Source: Candidatus Polarisedimenticolia bacterium (GTDB lineage Bacteria; Acidobacteriota; Polarisedimenticolia; JACPZX01; DASXTC01). Taken from it: DNA of 64,000 nt. The translations under genes were made by a program, and so were the position numbers. Below are positions 25,117 to 36,500 of the stretch, piece after piece (within the stretch, counting starts at the first letter, position 1; each line of letters opens with the position of its first letter). The notes below the pieces were generated by a model. The model did no database searches. It was not told the DNA's origin and worked only from the letters and a program-made list of their open reading frames with translations. Location of the stretch: positions 14,092 through 78,091 of the forward strand of contig DATEEA010000010.1 in assembly GCA_035281445.1 (NCBI GenBank). The letters run 5' to 3'.

Positions 25117-26028
25117 TCAGGAAGGCTCGGCCAGGAAGCGCCTCAGGGAGAGGGCGCTGCCTGCCAAGCCGATGAGCAGCCCGCCGGCCACGAGGGCCAG
25201 CAGCGCTCTCAAGGGGAGGAACCGGGCGGCCAGCAGCTCCGCCAGGTCGTTGCCCGACCGCGCAGCGTAGTCCGACAGCCCCAGTTGAGCCGCGTACAGG
25301 ACGGCGATGGCCGCGGCCGCTCCGGTCCCGCCCTGAAGCATCCCCTCCACCAGGAACGGGCCCCGGATGAAGCCGGGGGTCGCTCCCACCAGGCGCATGA
25401 TGGCGATCTCGTCACGCCGGGCGGCGAGGGTCAGCCGGATCACGTTGAAGATGATGAACGCCGAGGCGATCGACAGCACCGTCCCGACCCCGAAGCCGAT
25501 CCGCGTCACCACCGACAGGATGGCCAGGATGCGCCGGGCCTCCTGCTCGTTGTCCTGCACCACCTCCACCAGCGGAGACCGCTTCAGCTCCGCCAGGAGC
25601 CTTCCCGTGCGCTCCCGGCGCTCGTCTCCGTAGCCGCGCACGGCGATCTCGATGGAGGCCGGAAGCGGGTTGGAGGGAAGGGCGAGCGCGGCCTCGGCCA
25701 GGTCGGGGAAGCTGGAGCGGAAGAGGGCCAGGGCCTCCTGGCGCGAGACGTAGCGGACCTCACGCACGATGGGCCGGGTCCGCAGCGAGGCCACCAGCGC
25801 CTCCACCTCTCCGGGACGCTCCTCGGCCGCCTCGTCGCGAAGGTACGCGTTGATCTGCACCCGGTCCCACTCGTCGGCCACCACCCGGACGTTCTCCACA
25901 AGCAGCAGGAACCCGCCCAGGGTGGCCAGCGAGGCGGCGATGATGCCGATGGTCACGAGGTTGGTGGCGCGCGACCGCCACAGTCCGAGCAGCGCCTCGC
26001 GCAGGAAGCACCGCAGCGAGGTCGTCAC
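25117..26028 (-). CDS. ftsX: cell division permease-like protein FtsX
   Basis: 303-aa ORF with a GTG start. It has four TM segments with a large loop after TM1 and is coupled to ftsE by GTGA at 26025-26028. Confidence 0.85.
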   Translation of the reverse strand: MTTSLRCFLREALLGLWRSRATNLVTIGIIAASLATLGGFLLLVENVRVVADEWDRVQINAYLRDEAAEERPGEVEALVASLRTRPIVREVRYVSRQEALALFRSSFPDLAEAALALPSNPLPASIEIAVRGYGDERRERTGRLLAELKRSPLVEVVQDNEQEARRILAILSVVTRIGFGVGTVLSIASAFIIFNVIRLTLAARRDEIAIMRLVGATPGFIRGPFLVEGMLQGGTGAAAAIAVLYAAQLGLSDYAARSGNDLAELLAARFLPLRALLALVAGGLLIGLAGSALSLRRFLAEPS

Positions 26029-26726
26029 CGGGGTGCCCCCTGTCCTCCCGAGCCGGCCGCGGCCGGCTTCTCGGCGCCGGCCAGCCGCCCCGCCACCAGG
26101 CGGATGACCCGCCGCCCCATCCGCCGGATGAGGTCGCGATCGTGGGTGGCCACCAGAACGGTCGTGCCGTGCGCGTTGATCTCCTTGAGCAGGGCCATGA
26201 TCTCCTCGCTCAGCTCAGGGTCGAGGTTGCCGGTCGGCTCGTCGGCCAGCAGCAGCATGGGCTCGTTGACCAGCGCGCGCGCGATGGCCACCCGCTGCTG
26301 CTCGCCGCCGGAGAGCTGCACGGGGTAGGCGCGGATCCTGTGCTGGAGGGAGACCTGCCGGAGGACCTTCATCGCCCGCTCCTTGCGCCCGGCCGCGGGG
26401 ACTCCGACCGCCTCCAGGACGAAGGTGAGGTTCTCCATGACCGTCTTCGTCTGGATGAGCTTGAAATCCTGGAAGACCACCCCGATCCCCCGCCGCAGGT
26501 AGGGGACGCGCCGGGCGGCCAGCGCGGCCACGTCGTGTCCGTTCACCTCCACGGTGCCCGAGGTGGGGAGCTCTTCCCGCAGCAGGAGCCGCAGCAAGGT
26601 GGTCTTGCCAGCGCCGCTGGGGCCGGTCAGGAAGACGAACTCGCCCTTGTCGATGGCCAGCGTGACGTCGGACAGGGCGGCGGAGCCGGAAGGGTAGGTC
26701 TTGGAGACCCCGCGCAGCCGAATCAT
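26025..26726 (-). CDS. ftsE: cell division ATP-binding protein FtsE
   Basis: 233-aa ORF. Walker A is GPSGAGKTT, the signature is LSGGEQQRVAIARA and Walker B is LLLADEPTGNLD. Confidence 0.9.
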   Translation of the reverse strand: MIRLRGVSKTYPSGSAALSDVTLAIDKGEFVFLTGPSGAGKTTLLRLLLREELPTSGTVEVNGHDVAALAARRVPYLRRGIGVVFQDFKLIQTKTVMENLTFVLEAVGVPAAGRKERAMKVLRQVSLQHRIRAYPVQLSGGEQQRVAIARALVNEPMLLLADEPTGNLDPELSEEIMALLKEINAHGTTVLVATHDRDLIRRMGRRVIRLVAGRLAGAEKPAAAGSGGQGAPR

Positions 26727-26735
26727 CGCGCGGCA

Positions 26736-27494
26736 TTATAGGCCATCGGCCGGAGCGCTCCCCTCCTCCTGCCGCTCCTCCAGCTCCCAGCGGCGGAGGA
26801 TGGCGCGCGAGCGGCGCCGTCTCCAGATCACGGCGGCCAGGAAGAGCACGGTGACCGCGGCCCAGAAGGCGAAGGAGGAGGTGGCGACGGTGATCCAGCG
26901 CAGCCGGCCGGCCAGCCGCGACGACCAGATCGCGGCCTCGGCCTCGGGAGGCGCCCCGGCGATCTCGGTGAACGCCTCCCGGAAGCCGCGCCCAGCGCGC
27001 ATCCTCTGGAGCACCAGCGCCGGGAACCGATCCGAATGGCGCTCCATGAGGTGCCCGGCGAAGGAGAAGGCCCCGGCGTAGGCTGCGCGGGTGGCCTCGG
27101 CCGTGGAGGCCCCCGCCAGGCGGGACTCGATCTCGTCCAGGGGGCGTCCGGATCGGGTCACCGGCGAGAGCCACAGATGGACGAAGTCCATCCACTCCCC
27201 CTGCCGGGCGAGGCTGGCGGCCACCCCTTCCTTGAACCAGCGCGGCATGGAGCCTGCGCGCGATCCGGTGCCCGCCGCTTCCGGGCGGGCCGCATGCTCC
27301 ACCAGCAGGTGCGTCATCTCGTGGGCCACCACGGCGAGCATCTCCCGCCCCGGGTAGCGTCCGATCCGATCGGCCCTGACGATGGCCGTGGACGAGCCGG
27401 GCAGGGCGACGCCGGCGGCCCAGGGAGGGACCTGCTCCAGGGCCCATCGAGCCTCCTCGTCGAGGGCGCCGCCGCCCCCCGGCGGCTCCACCAC
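26736..27494 (-). CDS. peptidase-MA-like protein with a C-terminal TM anchor; N-terminus unresolved
   Basis: 252-aa ORF from GTG 27494. Motifs are VVAHEMTHLL with a downstream WFKEGVA. The TM segment is WITVATSSFAFWAAVTVLFLAAVIW. An upstream signal-like segment lies in a different frame (see findings). Confidence 0.6.
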   Translation of the reverse strand: MVEPPGGGGALDEEARWALEQVPPWAAGVALPGSSTAIVRADRIGRYPGREMLAVVAHEMTHLLVEHAARPEAAGTGSRAGSMPRWFKEGVAASLARQGEWMDFVHLWLSPVTRSGRPLDEIESRLAGASTAEATRAAYAGAFSFAGHLMERHSDRFPALVLQRMRAGRGFREAFTEIAGAPPEAEAAIWSSRLAGRLRWITVATSSFAFWAAVTVLFLAAVIWRRRRSRAILRRWELEERQEEGSAPADGL

Positions 27495-27689
27495 GTAGAG
27501 GACGCACGAGGGCAGGGCAGGGGAGGGGACTCCAGCCGCCCGGTCAGAGTGCCCAGCATGCCCGGGAGCGCCGCGGCCACGGACGCGGCCTCGGAGGCCA
27601 GCGAGGCGGAATGGATCAGAGTGCAGGGAGGCGCCGGCTCCCGCTGCAGGGCGGGGGCCGCGGCCCAGAGCGCGATCAGCCAGACGGCG

Positions 27690-29143
<1,454 letters not shown>

Positions 29144-29147
<4 letters not shown>

Positions 29148-31837
29148 GAGCCCGCCTTCACCACCACGTCGTAGCCGAGCACCTCGCCGTACTTGTTGAA
29201 CACGACCTCCCTGGGCTTCTCGGGGACATTGAACTTGAAGGCGGTCTTCTCGCCCTCGATGATCACCCGCTTGCGGTACTCCTTGCCGCTCTTGCCGATG
29301 ACAGTGATCGGCACGATCCCCTTGAAGGGGGCGAACGGCAGGACCTCCTTGCCGTCCTTGCGGGCCTGCTTCAGCTCGACGCTCTGTGTCACGAACCCCT
29401 CGATCACCTGGGTGCCGTCCTCCGCCGCGCGCACGGTGTAGCTGAAGGTGAACTGAGGCAGGCCGACGCCGCGCAGCCACTGATCGAAGAACCAGTCCAG
29501 GTTCGCGCCGAAGGACTTCTCGGCCACTCTCTGGATGTCGCGGGTGACGATCTCCTTGCCGGCCAGATCCTGGGCCAGGGACTTCAGGAAGGGGAAGAAC
29601 TTCTCCTCCCCCCATGTCTGGCGCATGATGTGAAACGCGTAGGGACCCTTGGCGTAAAGCGCCGCGCGGTAGCTCCCGAACCCGCCGGGCCCTCCCCAGA
29701 CGGTGTAACCGTCCTGCACGCTGCCCCGCATGTCCTCGCCGAGGATCTCCGTCCTCCACGAATCCACGTGTTCCTGGTACGCTTTCTTGCCGTACACGTT
29801 CTCCATGAACAGCGCGGAGGAGTACTCAGCCAGGCTCTCCACGAACCAGTAGTTCCTGAAGTTCGCGTTCGCCACGCAGGAGCCCCACCACTGGTGCGCC
29901 ACCTCGTGGGCCACCAGGGAGTCGACGAACTTGGAGATGTTGGTGCCCCCCTCGGCCAGGCCGGCGGTGACCCCCTTGCCGAAGAAGCTCGCGCTCCCCA
30001 GGTAGATCAGGGAGGAAGGCGCCTGGCCGTAGAACTCCCCCACCGGGTCGTTGACCAGGTCCAGCTTGCTGTAGGGGTAGTCCACGCCGAAGACCTCGCG
30101 GTACAGGTTGATGGCGTTGGCCGCGTCGTCGGCGAACTTGTTCAGCGACTTGGGAGCGATGCCGTACTCTCCCATGGTGTTGCGGTCGAAGTGCAGGAGC
30201 ACGGGGATCTCGGTGCCATCCTTGCGCTTCGCCTTGAACTTGGAGGAGACGGTGTAATAGTCGCCGAAGATCACGGTGGGGAAGGTGACCGGGCTGTCGG
30301 CGACCCATCGCGTGATGGAGGCGCCGCCCTCCGTCGTCTCGGACGCCTTGCGGCCGATCCCCAGCGTCTTGTACTTGGCCGGCACTTTCACCGTCAGGTC
30401 GAAGCGGTGGATCATGTCGGAGAACCGCACGAAGGGGAGCCACCCGCCGCGATCCACGTAGGAGTAGCTGGGCGTGAGCTTGTAGATGCTGTCCTTGTTC
30501 TCGAACTGCAGCCGCAGCTTCACCGAGGTCCCTGCGGACACGGGGGCGGGAAGGATGACCAGGCCCTCGTAGGCGCCCGTCTTCACCCAGGTCAGCTCGT
30601 TGCCCTCGCCGTCCTGGATGGAGTTGATGAACATCCTCGGGTTCTTCGTCTGCTTCTTCTCCTCGGTCTGGAAAATCCTGGCGATGCCGAAGGGGATCTC
30701 CCTGAGCTCCCGCAGCACGGTCAGGTCGTAGGCGATGTCTCCGACCAGCAGCTCGCCGTCCAGGCCGTAGCCCTCGAAGCCCATCTCCACGGTCCCCTCG
30801 AGGCTGGTCATGTCGTAGTCCCGCCCGTCCGCATCGGGGCGCCGTTCCAGCTCGTCCGGCGGCAGGTTCCTGGCACGTGTCTCGTCGGAATAGTACGACT
30901 GGATGGCGCCGAAGAAGCCCTTGGCGGTCAGCGAGATCTCCCGCCCGTCGTTGCTGTCGTGGGTGAGCCTCAGCCAGTGGTCCCCGCCACCTTTCCTCCG
31001 GACCTCGAGGGCGTAGTGCTTCCTGCCGGCCTCGTAGGGCCGGCGGAAGCCGGCGAACGGATTGTCGCCCAGCTCCTTGTCCATCTCCGACTTCGCCTTC
31101 TGCAGCGCCGCCTTGACCGCGGGCTCGACCGCGCCGGCGGCCGCCGGCTCGGAGTCCCGCAGCGAGGCGGCCAGGATGGCCTCGCAGGTGGCCGGATCGC
31201 ACAACCCCATGACGTGGTCCGCCGGGAAGGCGATGTCCGAGGAGCGCTCCTTCTTGAGGATCCCGAGCATGGCCTTGTCCTTCTCGGAGGGCGGAGTGTA
31301 GTCGTAGGACAGATCCGCCCCGGACAGCCAGAACCGGCTCACCTTCCCCTGATAATGGTCCTTGCACAGAGTGCCGGCCCCGGCCTTCACCGAGAACCCG
31401 TCGGCCGCGTGCGCGAAGGAGGCGAAGCGCACGCATTCCTCGTCGCCCAGCAGGCTCCGGTGCAGCCCCTCGTAGATCTCCTGCACCTCCTCCGAGGCGA
31501 TCGACCACGCCCCGCCGGCGTCCTTCTTCAGCGTGACGAGCAGCCGCTCCGTGCGGAGGTCCGAGCCGAGCGCGGTGTCCACGTGGAGCGTCCCCTGGTA
31601 GGTGGCGTCGTCCAGGGGCTTGAACGTCCGCGAGTAGGAGCCTCGCTTGAAGGCCGCCCCGTTCTCGTTGCGCTCTTCGAGCAGGCGATCGGTCCGCGAC
31701 TTCATGGCCGATTCCAGGGCCTTCTGGACGTCAGGGAGCGGTCGGGCCGGCCCGTCCGCGGACAGGAGGGTGGATGAGAGCAGGTTGACCGCCAGGAGGA
31801 GCGGGGTCAGCAGCGTCGCTTTCACACGGCCACCCAT
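29144..31837 (-). CDS. M1 family metallopeptidase (aminopeptidase N-like), secreted
   Basis: ATG at 31837-31835 is in frame in ORF 29144..32368 and gives 897 aa. Signal-like N-terminus [27 protein letters not shown]. Zinc motif [11 protein letters not shown] plus WFVESLAEY. Confidence 0.85.
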
Positions 31838-34311
31838 CAAAGGCCCGACGGGTCCTGCGACACGATCTCGGCCAGCAGGGTCTTGTAGTCGTCGAGCGTG
31901 ATCTTCTGCGGTTTCTCGGGCAGTTTCACCTGGTAGACGTCCTCGGCCTTCAGGATGGGCCGCTCCTTCACGATGACCTTGTCCTTGCCGAAGTGAAAGA
32001 ACACCGGCATCGACACGATCTTGAGCTTGTTCTTGTCCCGCTGGCTGATCTTGACGGTCGCCACCCACTTGCCGTCGTCGGCCTGCCTGACGTCGGTGGT
32101 GTAGTCGAAGGTCGGGATGCCGGTGTCGCGGTACCACTGGTTGAAGAAGAAGTCCATCTTGTATCCGACGACCGCCTCGACCTCCTGCCGGAGCTGGTCG
32201 GTGGAAGTGGGGCGATGGCGATACTTCGTCATCGCGTTCTTCATCGCCTTGACGAAGTTGTCGTGCCCGATCTGCATCCTCAGCATGTGGACGACGTAGG
32301 GGCCTTTGGAGTAGAGGAGATCGGATCGCCGAGGACCGGGGATCTGGCCGCTCAGGCGCTCCGCCCACGCGATCGGAGCGTAGAGATCGCCGATGCGCGC
32401 CCCGTCACGCCACTCCTTGAGCTTTCCCTGGAACCGGTTCTGCCCCGAGTACTGCATGATGTAGAGCCCGGCGGAGTATTCGGCGAACGACTCGCTGAGC
32501 CAGGTGTCCTCCTCCGTGCCCCTGACCACGGTGTGGCCGAACCACTGGTGAGCCATCTCATGGGAGAAGAACTCGTGGAAGTAGTCAGCCTTCCGGTATT
32601 CGAAGAAATTGACCAGCGCGTTGCCGACCTGTATCTCCGCGGTCGGATTCATGAAGGCCTCCCCCGTGAGCTGGATGAGCGCCGGCGGAGCCTGACCAAA
32701 GGCAAGGAAGGGGGACATCTCGGCGATGTTGAGGCTGCCGTACGGAAAGGCGCCGTAGAGGCTCTCCATGAATTTCAGGAGCCCCTTGGTCTCCTCCAGG
32801 ACCGACTTGGGCTTCCCGGGCGGCACGGTCAGGTCGTAGCTGATGGGAGTGCTCCGGCCCGGAGTGAGCCCTGCGATCACGTCAGGATCGGTGATGGTGA
32901 AAGTGGCCCGGGGGGAATAGAAGACCGCCAGCTCGACGCCGGGCGCGGCCTCCGAGGCCTTGTAGACGTCGGTCTCCTTCTTGTACTGGCCGAACAGCAG
33001 GCTGGGAAAGCGGACCTGCTTGTCGGTGACGAGCTGGGTGACGTTGTAGATGCCCTCGGTCCCTTCCTTGACGATACGGCCCGAGCCCATCGCGTAGAGG
33101 GGCTTCTTCGCCTTGATCGTCCAGTCCATGCTGTAGTGGCTGCCGTCGAAGCCGTACTGCGGGAACCATGCGTAGGTGTTGAGGACTTCATAATGGACGC
33201 TGCTGAGCTGGATGATGGTCGCCTCGTCGAGCGAGAAATGGTAGGTGTAGCTCTCGCCCGCTTTCAGCGGCTCCGGGGGTGCGATCCAGACTCTGTGCAT
33301 CGCATGCACGTGCGGAAGCGTCGCTCCGGATCCGTCGGTCAGTTTCGTGATCGTGATCGGCAGCCCGGTGTCGGTGCTCCGGATGATCGTCCCGGGCGGC
33401 GGGATGTTGTTGCGGAGATCGAAGAAGACGAGAGGCAGGTTGTCGGCGACGGCGGTGAAGGTCACGTCCACCTCGACCGTGAAGTGCTCGGTGTCCGGGA
33501 TGGTGATCTCCGCCTTGTAGGCTGTGGGGTCGATCCACGGCTTCTGGTCCTTGACCGGGTCGGAGAGATAGTTGCCCCCCTCGTCGAACTCCTCGCGGAG
33601 GTGCGTCTTCAGCAGCGCTCGCCTGGCGATGGTGCTTCCGATGATCTCGCGGGTCTCCAGGGCGACCTCCTGGAGCTTCTGCGGAGCGAACGTGAACGCC
33701 AGCCATTCGCCCCACGACGTCCTGAAGTCCAGATAGACCAGATTGTCCGGGCGCCCCAGTTTCTTCTGCAGAAGGGAGAAATCGAGCGGCTCCTCCAGCC
33801 AGTAGGGCGGTCCGAGCCTGTCCTTCAGAATCCCCGCGGCGCGCGCGGCATCGGAGGACGAGGCAGCCGCCAGCTTCGGGATCATCGCGTCGAGAGTGTC
33901 GTCGAAGGCGATCAGCAGCGCTTCGCCGAACTCCGCGTCCACTTTGCCCGGCAGTTTCTGCTTCAGGTAATGACCCGACGCCAGCTCCAGGCAGAGGCGG
34001 TCCATCGGGCGGGACGGCGCGATGCCCGCGCGCCCCTTGCCGATGAAGACGGCGGCACCGACGATCCCTTCCACGGGCTCGGTCGCGTAGAGGGTCCCGC
34101 TCTCCAGGGTGAAGGTGGCGATGTCCTTGGTGATCGTGACGTTCTGGACCGTGTAGGCCTTGGCGGCGTCGATCCGGAGCGACTTGTAGAACGCCGTGCC
34201 GGCTCGACTCAATTCCTCCTGGGATAGGGATGCCGAGGCGTGCTCGGGGCCGGTGAAGCCCGCCACCGAGAGGAAGAGCAGCGCGGTTGCCGCACGATGT
34301 CCAGCAGGCAT
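31837..34311 (-). CDS. M1 family metallopeptidase (second paralog), secreted
   Basis: 824-aa ORF with signal-like N-terminus MPAGHRAATALLFLSVAGF. Zinc motif FSHEMAHQWFG plus WLSESFAEY. Its stop overlaps the next start by 1 nt (TGATG). Confidence 0.85.
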   Translation of the reverse strand: MPAGHRAATALLFLSVAGFTGPEHASASLSQEELSRAGTAFYKSLRIDAAKAYTVQNVTITKDIATFTLESGTLYATEPVEGIVGAAVFIGKGRAGIAPSRPMDRLCLELASGHYLKQKLPGKVDAEFGEALLIAFDDTLDAMIPKLAAASSSDAARAAGILKDRLGPPYWLEEPLDFSLLQKKLGRPDNLVYLDFRTSWGEWLAFTFAPQKLQEVALETREIIGSTIARRALLKTHLREEFDEGGNYLSDPVKDQKPWIDPTAYKAEITIPDTEHFTVEVDVTFTAVADNLPLVFFDLRNNIPPPGTIIRSTDTGLPITITKLTDGSGATLPHVHAMHRVWIAPPEPLKAGESYTYHFSLDEATIIQLSSVHYEVLNTYAWFPQYGFDGSHYSMDWTIKAKKPLYAMGSGRIVKEGTEGIYNVTQLVTDKQVRFPSLLFGQYKKETDVYKASEAAPGVELAVFYSPRATFTITDPDVIAGLTPGRSTPISYDLTVPPGKPKSVLEETKGLLKFMESLYGAFPYGSLNIAEMSPFLAFGQAPPALIQLTGEAFMNPTAEIQVGNALVNFFEYRKADYFHEFFSHEMAHQWFGHTVVRGTEEDTWLSESFAEYSAGLYIMQYSGQNRFQGKLKEWRDGARIGDLYAPIAWAERLSGQIPGPRRSDLLYSKGPYVVHMLRMQIGHDNFVKAMKNAMTKYRHRPTSTDQLRQEVEAVVGYKMDFFFNQWYRDTGIPTFDYTTDVRQADDGKWVATVKISQRDKNKLKIVSMPVFFHFGKDKVIVKERPILKAEDVYQVKLPEKPQKITLDDYKTLLAEIVSQDPSGL

Positions 34312-34350
34312 GGGTCCCTCCGTGTGAAGGGAACAGTCTACATCAACACC

Positions 34351-36060
34351 TCAGGCGAACGGATACCGTCCGGGGAGGAGGGCCAGGTCGGCCACGGCGG
34401 TGGTGTCGGGGTCGGAGTTGGACTCGATCTGCCGGAGGCTGCGCCGGATGCGGCGCCAGGCGCGGCCGCAGAAGCCCCGGGCCGCCAGCAGGTGGTCGGG
34501 CGATCCCGCGGTGGTGGCCCGGGACAGGCAGCAGATCATCGCGTACAGGTCCCCGGCCGCGTCGGACACCCGCTCCTGGACGTATTCCCGCTCCAGGATG
34601 CTCTTGCCGTGCCGGCGCAGCGCCCCCTCCACGCTGGAGGCCAGGTCCGCGGTGAAGGCTTCCACGTAGCCCGCCTCGCGCTGAAGAGAGGGGTGGGCGA
34701 ACTCCAGCTTCTCCGAGCCGATGACCCGCCGCAGGCGGCGCGCCGCGTACTCGGTCAGCACCCCCAGCCCCGCCAGGGGCTCTCCCAGCGCCTTGCCCAC
34801 CTCGCGCAGCGTCCTGCCGGGCCCCTGCATGCCGGCCAGCGACACGAACAGGCGCAGGATCTCGTTGGTCCCCTCGAAGATCGGGTTGATGCGGGCGTCG
34901 CGAAGGACCCGCTCGAACGGGTACTCGCGCATGTAGCCGAAGCCGCCGTTGATCTGCACGGCGTGGTTGACCGTCCGCCACATGGCCTCCGACGCCTGGA
35001 TCTTGCACAGGGCCGACTCCAGCGAGACGTCGTGGCCGCGCGCCGCCAGCGCCGTGGTGACGTCCACCATGGCCTCCATGGCGTAGGTGTCGAGCACCAT
35101 CTCGGCGAACTTGGCCTTGATCATCTCGAAGTCGGCGACCGTCCTGTCGAACGCCTTGCGTCCCTTGGCGAAGGCCGCGGAGCGCTCGATGAGCGCACGC
35201 GACGGCCCGGCGCAGGCGGCGGCCAGCGAGAGCCTTCCCTGGTTCAGGATCTCCATGGCCATCTTGAACCCGGCGCCGCGCTCCCCCAGCATCGCGGAGG
35301 CGGGCACCCGGACGTTCTCCAGCACCACGTCGGTGGTGGACGAGCCGCGCAGCCCCATCTTCTTCTCGGGCTTGCCGGCGCCCAGACCGGGCGTGCCCCG
35401 CGTCACCACGAAGGCCGACATGGCTCGCTCCTTGCGGGCGGTCTCGGTCTGCACGAAGACGGTGTACAGCCCGGCGATGCCGCCGTTGGTGATCCACTGC
35501 TTGGTGCCGTTGAGAACCCACTCGCCGGTGGCGGGGTCGAGCTCCCCACGGGCGGTGATGCTGGCGGCGTCCGAGCCCGAGGTCGGCTCGGTGAGACAGA
35601 AGGCGGCGATGGTCTCGCCGGAGGCGCAGGCGGGGAGCCAGCGCCGCTTCTGCTCCTCGGTGCCGAACAGGACGATCCCCTTGCAGCCGATCCCCAGGTG
35701 CGCCCCCAGCGTGGCGGCGGTGGCCCCGCAATGCGAGGCCAGCTCCGACATGACCCGGCCGTACGAGGCCAGCGACAGCCCGAAGCCTCCGTGCGCCTCG
35801 GGGATGGTGAGGCCGAAGAGGCCCAGCTCGGCCATGCCGGACAGCACCTCGCGGGGCAGCTCCTCGCGCTCGTCGATGGCTCGCGCGTCGATGCTGCGGG
35901 AGGCGAACCGGCGCACCGAGTCCAGCAGCATCTCCAGGTTCTCGCGCTCGTCCTCGGGGATGGCGGGGAAGGGGAAGACCAGATCGTCCTCGATCCGCCC
36001 CTCGAACAGCGAGCGCATGAACGAGCGCGCCTCGTGATGGTCGCGCGTGGTGGGGGTCAT
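34351..36060 (-). CDS. acyl-CoA dehydrogenase family protein (long form, about 570 aa)
   Basis: ATG at 36060-36058 is in frame in ORF 34351..36261. Motifs are AFCLTEPTSGSDA, WITNGG, GGFGYMREYPFERVLRDARINPIFEGTNEI and a C-terminal helical extension. Confidence 0.85.
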   Translation of the reverse strand: MTPTTRDHHEARSFMRSLFEGRIEDDLVFPFPAIPEDERENLEMLLDSVRRFASRSIDARAIDEREELPREVLSGMAELGLFGLTIPEAHGGFGLSLASYGRVMSELASHCGATAATLGAHLGIGCKGIVLFGTEEQKRRWLPACASGETIAAFCLTEPTSGSDAASITARGELDPATGEWVLNGTKQWITNGGIAGLYTVFVQTETARKERAMSAFVVTRGTPGLGAGKPEKKMGLRGSSTTDVVLENVRVPASAMLGERGAGFKMAMEILNQGRLSLAAACAGPSRALIERSAAFAKGRKAFDRTVADFEMIKAKFAEMVLDTYAMEAMVDVTTALAARGHDVSLESALCKIQASEAMWRTVNHAVQINGGFGYMREYPFERVLRDARINPIFEGTNEILRLFVSLAGMQGPGRTLREVGKALGEPLAGLGVLTEYAARRLRRVIGSEKLEFAHPSLQREAGYVEAFTADLASSVEGALRRHGKSILEREYVQERVSDAAGDLYAMICCLSRATTAGSPDHLLAARGFCGRAWRRIRRSLRQIESNSDPDTTAVADLALLPGRYPFA

Positions 36061-36500
36061 GGTGTCCTCCGCAGCGAGGGGTCCGTGGCCATCTCGAACA
36101 GCAGCCGCTTGACGCAGGTGCGCACCTCGTCCCGCGCGGCGCGGAAGCGCTCGCGCCGCTGCTCCGGGAGCTCGTCGCCGGCCGCCGGGTCGCGCAGGCC
36201 CCAGTGGATGTGCCGGGCGCCCGGCGGCGGCGCAGGGCAGGACCCTCGCGCGTCGTCGCACAGGGTCACCACCAGGCCGGCCTGGCCGTAAGGCACATCG
36301 CCGAGTCCCTTGGACGACAGCCCGTCCACCGGGACGCCGGCTTCTTCCAGCACGGCGATCGTCTCGGGATGGACGCCGCGCGGGGACGTCCCGGCGCTGA
36401 AGATCCGGACGGGGGCCGAGGCGGGGATCATGGCGCGGGCGATGGCCTCGGCCATGATGCTGCGGGCGGAGTTGCCGGTGCAGACGAAGACCAGGATCAC
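36057..36500 (-). CDS. arsC: thioredoxin-coupled arsenate reductase / LMW phosphatase-fold protein
   Basis: 147-aa ORF with a GTG start. The P-loop is VCTGNSARS. The segment VVTLCDDARGSCPAPPP...HWGLRDPA parallels the Cys82/Cys89 region of Staphylococcus pI258 ArsC as I recall it. Confidence 0.75.
   Translation of the reverse strand: MILVFVCTGNSARSIMAEAIARAMIPASAPVRIFSAGTSPRGVHPETIAVLEEAGVPVDGLSSKGLGDVPYGQAGLVVTLCDDARGSCPAPPPGARHIHWGLRDPAAGDELPEQRRERFRAARDEVRTCVKRLLFEMATDPSLRRTP

Noticed and set aside
27314-27580. 88-aa ORF upstream of the MA-like peptidase, considered as an independent gene
   Set aside because: It overlaps the peptidase ORF out of frame and is more plausibly the displaced N-terminal part of that gene (see the finding) than a separate gene.
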